A stretch of DNA of 64,000 nucleotides from Candidatus Buchananbacteria bacterium (GCA_041665005.1 JBAYJR010000005.1:16312-80311); one strand, 5' to 3'; shown: positions 49,173 to 57,271, numbered from the stretch's first letter. The notes: generated by a model from the sequence alone, not told the origin. Made by a program: numbers and translations.

Positions 49173-49544
49173 ATGCTATACCTAAAAATATCCATGTGTT
49201 TAGCAGCCGCATTAGTCATTGCTTGTGGTGCAATGCTAGTGGTTATAGGAGTTGGTCTACATACTGGGCTAGATATGACTCAGGTAATAAATGAAAATAT
49301 AATGAGTATTTTTACGTTTATTTTTTGCATTATCACAGGAATCATTTTAGCATTGCTCGACTCCTATCTATTTAAAAAAGGAGCCGTCAAGGATAACCGC
49401 AGGTATTTAATGATTCTGGCAACGCTTGTTTTTTTTGTTGCCAGCGTATTGTCGCTCCGTTATGGTAAAGTTATACCAGTAATTTTAATACTCACGATTA
49501 TTGCTTTAAATGGAGTGGTAATAAAGAGTTGGTTTAAAAAATAG
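49173..49544 (+). CDS. array-A gene 2: small 4-TM membrane protein (123 aa)
   Basis: AGGAGG SD; hydrophobic. Confidence 0.5.
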   Translation: MLYLKISMCLAAALVIACGAMLVVIGVGLHTGLDMTQVINENIMSIFTFIFCIITGIILALLDSYLFKKGAVKDNRRYLMILATLVFFVASVLSLRYGKVIPVILILTIIALNGVVIKSWFKK

Positions 49545-49557
49545 CGCGCAATCCATT

Positions 49558-49592
49558 GCAGATGAACCAAAAATTCATCTGCTTTTTTATTT
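49558..49592 (+). terminator. array-A terminator copy 2
   Basis: Identical hairpin GCAGATGAACCAAAAATTCATCTGC followed by TTTTTT. Confidence 0.55.
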
Positions 49593-49599
49593 AATACTC

Positions 49600-49628
49600 T
49601 TGACAAAATTAAAGTACAATGCTATAAA
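49600..49628 (+). promoter_or_regulatory. array-A promoter copy 3 (TTGACA-17-TATAAA)
   Basis: TTGACAAAATT... is a variant of the copy 1/2 core. Confidence 0.4.
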
Positions 49629-49662
49629 TTTATTAAATCTACAAATAAAAGGAGGGATTAAT

Positions 49663-50049
49663 ATGTTAGAAAGGCCGAGCATTGCTTTAACAGAAGAAGA
49701 ACCCTGGTCCTGGTTAAAAATAATTATTGCATTCACAGTAGTGTTGACCTGTATTTCTTCTTATATCTATGGCGCAGCCGCAAAACTAAGCATGGTTTCT
49801 TTATTACTTGCTCTGGTTTTTATTACCATTAGCTGTGTAATAGACGACCTGAAAAGTATAAAAAGAGGAAACTATGGATTCAGAAGACATTCTATATTTT
49901 CTATAATGTTTTTTGTGTTTGCAATTGTGGCTGGCTATAGAATTAGCGGGATTATTTCCGCAATTATATTTGTTCCTATGATCCCCTATTTTTATGGGCT
50001 CGTTAAGAACAAGTTTATGAACCGGGATATCCGCGAAAACCCCACCTAA
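49663..50049 (+). CDS. array-A gene 3: small 4-TM membrane protein (128 aa)
   Basis: AAAGGAGGG SD, then ATG at 49663. The track ORF begins at an upstream TTG inside the promoter. Confidence 0.5.
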   Translation: MLERPSIALTEEEPWSWLKIIIAFTVVLTCISSYIYGAAAKLSMVSLLLALVFITISCVIDDLKSIKRGNYGFRRHSIFSIMFFVFAIVAGYRISGIISAIIFVPMIPYFYGLVKNKFMNRDIRENPT

Positions 50050-50058
50050 AAAACAACA

Positions 50059-50093
50059 GCAGATGAACCAAAAATTCATCTGCTTTTTATTTA
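50059..50093 (+). terminator. array-A terminator copy 3
   Basis: Identical hairpin followed by TTTTTATTT. Confidence 0.55.
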
Positions 50094-50217
50094 ATATGGA
50101 AGTGGATTGCTTTTTTATCCCCCTCTCTTAAGGTAAGAGAGGGCTGGGGGTGAGTTATGAGCGATTACATAATTATAACCCCTCCTTGATCCTCCCCTTA
50201 TATTAAGGGGAGAAATA

Positions 50218-51246
50218 TTATTTGCCAACAAATTTCCTGTTGTTTCGCTTTTTCCCCGCCAACTGGCCACAGGCTCCGGCCACTTCTGGCCCGTAACTTT
50301 GCCGCACCGTGGCGCGAATTTTATTACGTAGTAAAATTACGGCAAACTTTTTAATTCTCGCTTCGTCGCTTGGTTGATATTTGCCGGTAATATTATAAGG
50401 AATTAAGTTAACCATAAACAAACTTCTTGGTAGCACCGACAATGCTTCGGCCAATCGCCCGGCTTGTTCAGCGCCGTCGTTAAAATCTTTAATCATAATA
50501 TATTCAATCATCACTTTGCGAGTAGTCAGATCTAAATATTCTTTAACCGCCTCTAGCACCATTTCTATACTATATTTTTTATTGATTGGAATTATTTGTG
50601 AGCGCAGTTCATCGGTGGGTGCGTGTAAGGAAATGGCTAAATTTATTTGTCGTGGCTCTTTGGCAAATTTTCTAATCTCGGGTACCAAACCCACAGTGGA
50701 AACGGAAATGTGCCTGGCACCAATATTAAACTTGTCCGCGTCATTAAGCATGGCAATGGCTTTCATCACCTGATCATAATTTAAAAATGGCTCGCCCATG
50801 CCCATAAAGACCACGCTATCAATCCGTTCGTTTTTTTGTTTTAAATATCGGGCGAATAATAAGGCTGGTAAAATAATTTCTTCGGCCGTTAAATTACGTT
50901 TAAAACCCATTTGGCCAGTAGCGCAAAAACTACAACCCAAGGGGCAGCCGATTTGCGAAGATAAACAAACCGTGTTACGTTTTTCGTGTATCATTAACAC
51001 CGCTTCAAATTGATTACCGTCCGCTAACTTAATTAACACCTTGGCGGTGGTTTTGGGTTTATCCCAAAGCCATTTAGCGTCTAGCTCTAACGGAAAATAT
51101 TTGGTTAACTTTTCTTGCAGAGCTTTGGATAAATTTGACGCCTTAGCCCAATCATCAATTAGATTATGAAAAATCGCCGCTTGCACCTGCTGTAAGCGGT
51201 ATTTTGGTTCGTCTTTTAAAATCTCGGGTAATTTAGAGAGGTTCAT
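50218..51246 (-). CDS. rlmN: 23S rRNA (A2503-C2) methyltransferase, radical SAM (RlmN/Cfr family)
   Basis: CPLGCSFCATG (CxxxCxxC), MGMGEP, and the C-terminal Cys of the family. Confidence 0.8.
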   Translation of the reverse strand: MNLSKLPEILKDEPKYRLQQVQAAIFHNLIDDWAKASNLSKALQEKLTKYFPLELDAKWLWDKPKTTAKVLIKLADGNQFEAVLMIHEKRNTVCLSSQIGCPLGCSFCATGQMGFKRNLTAEEIILPALLFARYLKQKNERIDSVVFMGMGEPFLNYDQVMKAIAMLNDADKFNIGARHISVSTVGLVPEIRKFAKEPRQINLAISLHAPTDELRSQIIPINKKYSIEMVLEAVKEYLDLTTRKVMIEYIMIKDFNDGAEQAGRLAEALSVLPRSLFMVNLIPYNITGKYQPSDEARIKKFAVILLRNKIRATVRQSYGPEVAGACGQLAGKKRNNRKFVGK

Positions 51247-51301
51247 TTAATTAAAAGTGTAAAGTTAAAAGTTATAAAGTAGGAAGTAAATACATATTTA
51301 G

Positions 51302-51685
51302 CTACTTAGTTTTTGAGTTATTTTTTCTAAACTTATACCACCCCACAATAATTGGTAAAATAAAAGTTAAGGCGTAGTAAAAATAAACATCTAATTTATA
51401 ATAATTAGTTGAGCCCAGTAGTTTGACAATACCAAAATAATCCATCGCTACGGCGATGACGGTCCAAATTACACCAACGCCAAAATAGCACATTAATTGT
51501 TCGCGTTCGATTTTTTTAATTAACACCCATAAAGTGACAACTAAACCGAAGGGCATAATTGCCCAACCAAGATACTGTTGCGGGATGAAGGCGTAAAAAA
51601 TAAAGCCGAGAATGTAGCCAAAGAGCCACAGGGCCAAGCCCCATAAAATGTTGTTTAATAAAATCTTTCCTTTGTTGGTTGGCAT
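51302..51685 (-). CDS. hypothetical 4-TM membrane protein
   Basis: 127 aa, hydrophobic. Confidence 0.35.
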   Translation of the reverse strand: MPTNKGKILLNNILWGLALWLFGYILGFIFYAFIPQQYLGWAIMPFGLVVTLWVLIKKIEREQLMCYFGVGVIWTVIAVAMDYFGIVKLLGSTNYYKLDVYFYYALTFILPIIVGWYKFRKNNSKTK

Positions 51686-51737
51686 AAAAATAGAGATTAG
51701 AGATAAGAGATAAGAGATATGAGATTAGGGATTTAAA

Positions 51738-51890
51738 TTATTCAACTTTTTTGGGAATAAAATAAATAAACCAAATTATCCAAACCAACCAAAGTGTATC
51801 TAACCAATCTTTAGTAAAAACTCCTGGTATGCCTAATAAGAATAAAAAACCTAAGAAACCCAAGTACCAATTTTTTTGTAGTTTTTTCAT
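51738..51890 (-). CDS. possible small membrane peptide (50 aa)
   Basis: ATG-initiated sub-ORF (MKKLQKNWYLGFLGFLFLLGIPGV...) of the track ORF 51738..51977, whose listed start is a TTG. Confidence 0.25.
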   Translation of the reverse strand: MKKLQKNWYLGFLGFLFLLGIPGVFTKDWLDTLWLVWIIWFIYFIPKKVE

Positions 51891-51982
51891 AGGAGTAAAG
51901 ATTAGAGATAAAATTGCTTCGTCTCCGCCAGCTGGCGGATCCTCGCAATGACATAAAAAGAGAGGTCGGGATGACAAAAAGA

Positions 51983-52711
51983 TTATCTCAAAGTCCAGCC
52001 GCCGTCGACGACGATTACTTGACCGGTGATGTAACTGGATTTGGGTGAAGCTAAAAATACCACCGCGTTAGCAATGTCGGCCGGTTGACCTAAGCGAGCT
52101 AAAGGAATTTGTGATTCGGTTTGTTTAATAACCTCGGGGTCGGCTTTGGCAAAAGCGCCAGGCGTAAAAATGGCGCCGGGGGCAACGGCGTTAACGGTAA
52201 TTTGCTGTGGCGCTAATTCTACGGCTAAAGCGCGGATAAAACCATTCATCCCGGCTTTGGAAGCACAATAATGTGAAAGCGCGGGAAAAGCGACCAAGGA
52301 AGCAATGGAAGAAATAGTAATAATTCGTCCACCATTGGGTAAATATTTAGATGCTTCTTTGCAAGTTAAAAAAGTCCCCTTTAAATTGACATCAATTACC
52401 TTGTCCCAATCTTCTTCGGTCATTTGCGCAAAAGGTTTATACGGATAAATACCAGCGTTATTTACTAAGACATCGATTTGACCTAATTCGGCTTTAACCT
52501 GGCTAAACATCGCTTGGACGGCTTCAGCGTTAGCCACATCGCAAACCACCGCGATGGCTTGGCCGCCCTGGGCTTTAATTTTTTCAATGGTATCTTGGCA
52601 ATCTGCGGCCACTAAATCGGCTGCGGCGACGGTGTAGCCGGCTTCGGCTAAAGCTAAAGCAATTCCTTGACCAATACCTTGTTTGGCACCGGTGACGATG
52701 GCGATGGGCAT
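51983..52711 (-). CDS. SDR-family oxidoreductase (FabG-like 3-oxoacyl reductase)
   Basis: [12 protein letters not shown] Rossmann motif, NNAG, and the S...YxxxK catalytic triad (YCASK). Confidence 0.8.
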   Translation of the reverse strand: MPIAIVTGAKQGIGQGIALALAEAGYTVAAADLVAADCQDTIEKIKAQGGQAIAVVCDVANAEAVQAMFSQVKAELGQIDVLVNNAGIYPYKPFAQMTEEDWDKVIDVNLKGTFLTCKEASKYLPNGGRIITISSIASLVAFPALSHYCASKAGMNGFIRALAVELAPQQITVNAVAPGAIFTPGAFAKADPEVIKQTESQIPLARLGQPADIANAVVFLASPKSSYITGQVIVVDGGWTLR

Positions 52712-52872
52712 AAGATTATGAAGTTAAAAGTTAAAAAGTATAAAGTTGAAAGTAAGGACTAAACGAGGGATAAAGTTAAAAGTTAAAAAGTTTAAAGTAA
52801 ATAATACAACTATATTTTCTCACTTTTCGGCTATAATGTCAAAAGAAGAGATTGGCACGTTAATCCGGTTAT

Positions 52873-52900
52873 TGACAAAATTTTAAAAACCAGTTATGCT
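52873..52900 (+). promoter_or_regulatory. array-B promoter 1 (TTGACA-16-TATGCT)
   Basis: Followed by AGGAGG and ATG 52939. Confidence 0.4.
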
Positions 52901-52938
52901 GAGTTTGAAAATTATAAAATTTTTAGGAGGAAATCGCA

Positions 52939-53295
52939 ATGACTGCGAAAAAAACCACTTTACAAAAAGAGTTTTTAGAAAAAAAGGTTGGGGAATTTAC
53001 AGTTACTTTTACAAAAAAAATGATTGCCCCAAAAAATACGAGGATACCGTTAACGGTATCCCATGGAAAACGTAAAAACAAAACTCACATAACACTGGGG
53101 CTGATAGTTGCACCCAGGCCAGGAGTTTTTAAGCAAAAAATACTTTGTGGCATGATTGATGAAATCATCGTCACTAAAAAAGCGGAAGTAAGTTTTATTG
53201 TCGCTTTTGCTTTCATTGAACAAGACGGCAACATCGTTAATCGGCAACTACCGATGCGATATGACCAGCTAGTTGCTAAACAATCGAGAAGCTGA
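52939..53295 (+). CDS. array-B gene 1: small hypothetical protein (118 aa)
   Basis: Strong SD, its own promoter and its own terminator. Confidence 0.5.
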   Translation: MTAKKTTLQKEFLEKKVGEFTVTFTKKMIAPKNTRIPLTVSHGKRKNKTHITLGLIVAPRPGVFKQKILCGMIDEIIVTKKAEVSFIVAFAFIEQDGNIVNRQLPMRYDQLVAKQSRS

Positions 53296-53306
53296 ACATC
53301 TCTAAG

Positions 53307-53340
53307 CCCTAATCAATAAGATTAGGGTTTTTTTATTTAA
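53307..53340 (+). terminator. array-B terminator copy 1 (CCCTAATC-aataa-GATTAGGG + T7)
   Basis: An identical 21-nt hairpin recurs at 54061, 54727 and 55358. Confidence 0.55.
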
Positions 53341-53387
53341 ATCAATTCCCCTACTTTTTTGTGCTTACAACAATAAAAAACAGATGG

Positions 53388-53416
53388 TTGACATTGATAG
53401 GTAAAAGTGTTAAGGT
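53388..53416 (+). promoter_or_regulatory. array-B promoter 2 (TTGACA-17-TAAGGT, weak -10)
   Basis: AGGAGG at 53435, ATG at 53449. Confidence 0.35.
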
Positions 53417-53448
53417 TTTAATAATTTACAACAAAGGAGGAAAAAATT

Positions 53449-54036
53449 ATGAACACAACTTGGCAGTTTGAAGAACAGGAAAAAAGAGAAAAAGCCGAGG
53501 CGGAATTACTGGCTGAACAAACCATCGCCAAAGAGCAAATAACTAAACTTTGGGAAAAATTTTTAGAGTTGAACAATCAACTAATTCCTAGCTTAAAATT
53601 AACTATTCAAAAAAGAGATTTTGGTTTTATTCTTGGTTATGACGATCCTGGCTATCATAGTTATAGAGATTTAATAGCTATTACTATCTATACGGACGAA
53701 TTACTGAGTAAGCCCGGTAACGAATCATGTATGCAAATATGCGGCGATTACCCGATACGCTACCGGGACAACCTAAAAATGTTTGAAATACAGAACAATG
53801 ACTATCACTCTATGTTTTTCAAACTCGATGATCAAGTCTTAATTGAAGAATTTTTTCGTTTAATCATCTGCAATCCTAGAGGAATAAGTGATCTTATCAA
53901 AAGTAAATGGCAAGAAGCAAAAAGTATTGAAGCGCCTGAAAGCCCTGGTCTTACGCTATATCTTCCGCAAGAACCGGTTAGCCTGTGGGAATCATTCAAA
54001 AATATGATGAATGATTTTTTTAATTTTTTTAAATAA
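53449..54036 (+). CDS. array-B gene 2: hypothetical protein (195 aa), distant paralog of genes 3 and 4
   Basis: Shared motifs LWEKFLELNNQL and YHSMFFKLDDQVLIEEFFRLIICN. Confidence 0.5.
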   Translation: MNTTWQFEEQEKREKAEAELLAEQTIAKEQITKLWEKFLELNNQLIPSLKLTIQKRDFGFILGYDDPGYHSYRDLIAITIYTDELLSKPGNESCMQICGDYPIRYRDNLKMFEIQNNDYHSMFFKLDDQVLIEEFFRLIICNPRGISDLIKSKWQEAKSIEAPESPGLTLYLPQEPVSLWESFKNMMNDFFNFFK

Positions 54037-54060
54037 AATTATCCGTCTAAAGAACCCAAA

Positions 54061-54094
54061 CCCTAATCAATAAGATTAGGGTTTTTTTATTTAA
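54061..54094 (+). terminator. array-B terminator copy 2
   Basis: Identical hairpin followed by TTTTTTTATTT. Confidence 0.55.
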
Positions 54095-54135
54095 ATCAAC
54101 TCCCCGCCTTTTTGTAGTGTGGCTAAATTAATCGG

Positions 54136-54164
54136 TTGACAGTTACCAAAAATAATGCTATGGT
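54136..54164 (+). promoter_or_regulatory. array-B promoter 3 (TTGACA-17-TATGGT)
   Basis: GGAGGG at 54184, ATG at 54196. Confidence 0.4.
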
Positions 54165-54195
54165 GTAAATAATTAAAACCAATGGAGGGACAAAA

Positions 54196-54711
54196 ATGAA
54201 CCAAAGATATAACGACGCCACCAGGTATAAACTTTACAGAATTGAGATACTTTGGAAAAAATTTTTACAACTAAACGAAAAAATGGAACCGGCAAAAAAA
54301 TTGAAGTGCATTAACGAACCTTGTTTCTGGCTAAACGAATTTTCGCCGGAACAACTAATACGAGGAAAGCCGGATTTAAAAAAATTAGATTTTGTTTTAA
54401 AACTAATAAAGCCCAGAAACAACGATGCCGAACCGGCAATCCAGCTAGAAGTGGGGTTTATTAATTACTCAATCTCGAGAAACTGCTACCACTTTGAGAT
54501 TCCCGATCATCCAACGATTTCGCATTATTTTTTCCTGATTGAAAATACCGAGTTTGTTGCCGGATTATTTAATTGTATTGTGGCTGGTGATTTTATAAAC
54601 TTACCAGCACCACCAGTTTTACCAGCCAAGGCCAAGCCAGACAGCCTTTTAACCAAATTTAAATTTTGGCTAAAGGATTATAAGGACTGGCTCAAAAGCA
54701 TACTTTGCTAA
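54196..54711 (+). CDS. array-B gene 3: hypothetical protein (171 aa), paralog of genes 2 and 4
   Basis: ILWKKFLQLNEKM and ISHYFFLIENTEFVAGLFNCIVAG. Confidence 0.5.
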   Translation: MNQRYNDATRYKLYRIEILWKKFLQLNEKMEPAKKLKCINEPCFWLNEFSPEQLIRGKPDLKKLDFVLKLIKPRNNDAEPAIQLEVGFINYSISRNCYHFEIPDHPTISHYFFLIENTEFVAGLFNCIVAGDFINLPAPPVLPAKAKPDSLLTKFKFWLKDYKDWLKSILC

Positions 54712-54726
54712 TTATGCAAACCAAAA

Positions 54727-54755
54727 CCCTAATCAATAAGATTAGGGTTTTTATT
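54727..54755 (+). terminator. array-B terminator copy 3
   Basis: Identical hairpin followed by TTTTT. Confidence 0.55.
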
Positions 54756-54770
54756 ACATCTAAGATTAGA

Positions 54771-54799
54771 TTGACATTCTTGCCCTAAGTTGTTAAAAT
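54771..54799 (+). promoter_or_regulatory. array-B promoter 4 (TTGACA-17-TAAAAT)
   Basis: GAGGAGG at 54817, ATG at 54831. Confidence 0.4.
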
Positions 54800-54830
54800 C
54801 TTGATAATTTACAATTGAGGAGGAAAAACG

Positions 54831-55370
54831 ATGGAAATAAGTGCTAAGAGTATTCAAAAACAAAAAGAAAAGGAAGAAATTATTAAGGCCAAACAGAAAG
54901 CCATAAAAGAGGCTATTTTGTGGCTGTGGTCCAGGATTCCGCATTTTTGTGAGCAACTCGACAACTACAAACTGGATGGGGTTTGTCCACCAGGCTATAT
55001 TCAATGTTACATTTGTCGTCAACGATTTGACGTACCTGACTATGCTCTATGGCTGAATATAAGAAATGATACGGGTGGAATATATTATTGTATTGAAATT
55101 GGTGACCGCATTATGCATTTACAAGGATGTATCAAATACGATCCACGAAAAGAAAGGTTTGAGCTCTATTGCTATTATCACCCCAAACATAAAGTACATT
55201 ATTTTAATTTTCAAGATAATGCCTTTATTAAAACCTTAATTGAGGGAATTGCCTTAAACAAAAAAGTTGACGATCTCTATCATGATTTGGATGCGCTAGC
55301 CCCACCCTTGAAAATTTTTGTTTTTTTTAAAAAAATAAAAAAACTTTTTACCAAAAACCCTAATCAATAA
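54831..55370 (+). CDS. array-B gene 4: Cys/His-rich hypothetical protein (179 aa), paralog of genes 2 and 3
   Basis: VHYFNFQDNAFIKTLIEGIALN and several C/H pairs (CPPGYIQCYICRQ...HLQGC...CYYHPKH). The stop codon lies in the loop of the terminator hairpin. Confidence 0.5.
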   Translation: MEISAKSIQKQKEKEEIIKAKQKAIKEAILWLWSRIPHFCEQLDNYKLDGVCPPGYIQCYICRQRFDVPDYALWLNIRNDTGGIYYCIEIGDRIMHLQGCIKYDPRKERFELYCYYHPKHKVHYFNFQDNAFIKTLIEGIALNKKVDDLYHDLDALAPPLKIFVFFKKIKKLFTKNPNQ

Positions 55371-55388
55371 GATTAGGGTTTTTTATTC
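55358..55388. terminator. array-B terminator copy 4 (bidirectional with the GerMN gene)
   Basis: Identical hairpin followed by TTTTTTATTC. Confidence 0.55.
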
Positions 55389-55406
55389 TATAAAGAAAAC
55401 AAAAAA

Positions 55407-56408
55407 TTACGGCTGTAAAATATCTTCGGAACGGCCGTTGATGGAAATAACAACAGATTTAATAGTCGGAAATTGTAATAAAGTTTGAGTAATTTGCCCA
55501 CGAATATTCGCCACGCGACAAGAACCACCAACTTGAAAATCTAACTGATCACTAAAATCTGCCTTAGCTACGCCTTGATCGGTAATTTCTATTTTTTGTA
55601 ACTTAGTTGCACTAGGAATATTAGTAAAATACCCTGCCGTCTTTTCCTCGGCGGTAATCCCCTTTAGTAATTCCGTAATCGCCGCTTTAGCGGTGGCAAC
55701 AGTATAAGGAATAACGCGTTCGACGGCAAAAACTTTTTGACAATCCAGCATTTCCGAATCCTTGATAGTATTAGCAAAAAATATTTTGACGGTTAAATCT
55801 TGTGGAACAATGTTTGGTACAATCGTAACCGGCAGACTAAAAGTTTGATCATTTTGTGGTAAGCCAGAAGGATTGTCTTTACTAAAGACTAACAGGCCAG
55901 TAGTAGTAGTGGTAACTTTAAATTCTATGGCGCCCTTAAACCGGACATAGCCAGTTTGCATCCAATCATCTATCGCCTGCACATAGCTTTGAGCCAGCAC
56001 TTGATTATTTTGACCAATTAGTTTAACCGGAAAAGAACCTTCAAAAAACCACGAGCCCAAGGCCCGGCCAGTTAAGTTTAGCGGACTGCTAATTGAATCG
56101 TTGGCTTTTAGGCCGTCTAAAATTACCGGCAAATCTTCTACAAAAGTTTTATCTTCAAAACGACACTGGCGCGGATAAGTTTCCATCACCGGCAAACCTA
56201 GCGCCGCACATTCGGTAAAATTTGTTACCGCTTTGACCTCGCCACAACCAGTTAGGGGTGGCGTAGCATTTGGCTTACCATGTTTAACCCAGGCACCATT
56301 TTGACACAACCAAGTATCTTCATCACCGCTAAGTAGCCGTAAACCGATGATGATTAAAATTAAAATAATTAAAATTGTAACCAAACCAATAAACCAAGAT
56401 TTTTTCAT
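55407..56408 (-). CDS. membrane-anchored GerMN-domain protein
   Basis: N-terminal TM helix (FIGLVTILIILILIIIGL) and a C-terminal GerMN-like region ending in VISINGRSEDILQP. Confidence 0.5.
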   Translation of the reverse strand: MKKSWFIGLVTILIILILIIIGLRLLSGDEDTWLCQNGAWVKHGKPNATPPLTGCGEVKAVTNFTECAALGLPVMETYPRQCRFEDKTFVEDLPVILDGLKANDSISSPLNLTGRALGSWFFEGSFPVKLIGQNNQVLAQSYVQAIDDWMQTGYVRFKGAIEFKVTTTTTGLLVFSKDNPSGLPQNDQTFSLPVTIVPNIVPQDLTVKIFFANTIKDSEMLDCQKVFAVERVIPYTVATAKAAITELLKGITAEEKTAGYFTNIPSATKLQKIEITDQGVAKADFSDQLDFQVGGSCRVANIRGQITQTLLQFPTIKSVVISINGRSEDILQP

Positions 56409-56417
56409 AAAAAAATA

Positions 56418-57245
56418 TTAATCTAACTTAATTTTGTTATCCCCATACAATAAATAATCTTTATTATCTTCGGTTAATAGTTTGATCGGCTGTGTTTCAG
56501 TAATCATTTGTCCGCCCAATTTATCGTAACCTTTCACATCCACTTTTCCTTTATTACCCAAATAGACAGCCAGAACATCTAAATTCCAACTGTGGCCAAC
56601 GGCGCCAATAATTACTTCTCTATCTGGTAAAAATTTATGGACAAAGTCACTCAATCTTTTGATACCTTGTAATTGTTTTTCCGCTATTTCCTGAGGCTTA
56701 GGGCCCACTAAATTGTCTAGCTGGCCTTGATTGTCTAGCCAGTCACGCAAGGCTGCTTGTTCGTCGTTATTATTCTTTTCTAATAATTTAGCGGCATAAG
56801 CCGTCAAATTACCTTCCTTAGTAAACCAAGTATTATTATTAAGAGCAAATTCTTTTATAAACATTGGAAAATCAATCATTACTTTTTTATCGGCATTATC
56901 CTGAATTTGTTTAACTAACCAATCTACTTTCTTGTTTTGCCCCTCCTTGGTGTCAAAGTCATTTCTATCAAAAACCATCACATCAATAATCCCCTTTTGC
57001 TCCACTAAATCCTTAAGTTCATCGCCATAAACTTCGGCTGTTGATTTGGTTCTAATTTGGTTAGAAACAGCACCCAGCAACATTACCGTGCCGGGTTTTT
57101 CTTGTTGCAAATCAGCCAACAACTCCGTGGCTCGCTCCTTAGCTAATTCCACACCCTTTTCAGAAATTCCCTGATATTTTTGGCTGGGTAAATCCTCGCC
57201 TTTAGGTTTAATGGAGTGTCGCGTCGCAAAAAACTTTTCTGGCAT
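56418..57245 (-). CDS. histidine-phosphatase-superfamily (PGAM-like) protein, divergent
   Basis: N-terminal ATRHS (RHG-like catalytic His) and C-terminal IIGAVGHSWNLDVLAVYL (the second His motif of branch-1 His phosphatases). Confidence 0.4.
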   Translation of the reverse strand: MPEKFFATRHSIKPKGEDLPSQKYQGISEKGVELAKERATELLADLQQEKPGTVMLLGAVSNQIRTKSTAEVYGDELKDLVEQKGIIDVMVFDRNDFDTKEGQNKKVDWLVKQIQDNADKKVMIDFPMFIKEFALNNNTWFTKEGNLTAYAAKLLEKNNNDEQAALRDWLDNQGQLDNLVGPKPQEIAEKQLQGIKRLSDFVHKFLPDREVIIGAVGHSWNLDVLAVYLGNKGKVDVKGYDKLGGQMITETQPIKLLTEDNKDYLLYGDNKIKLD

Positions 57246-57271
57246 AAATATTATTTTAAAATCAAATTTGC

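Noticed and set aside
52676-52712. My manual codon walk near the SDR start suggested a possible one-base discrepancy against the ORF-track frame.
   Set aside because: Flanking landmarks (stop at 51983-51985, ATG at 52939) are consistent with the track, and the translated N-terminus ([16 protein letters not shown]) is a textbook SDR Rossmann motif. This was most likely a reading error on my side, not a real frameshift.
48170-55388. Could the identical hairpins be integron attC sites or CRISPR repeats?
   Set aside because: The hairpins are 21-25 nt perfect stems immediately followed by T-runs, which is the intrinsic-terminator form. There is no R/L box structure, and no integrase or cas genes are in the window. 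Spacing is gene-sized (0.4-0.8 kb), not the 30-40 nt of CRISPR spacers.
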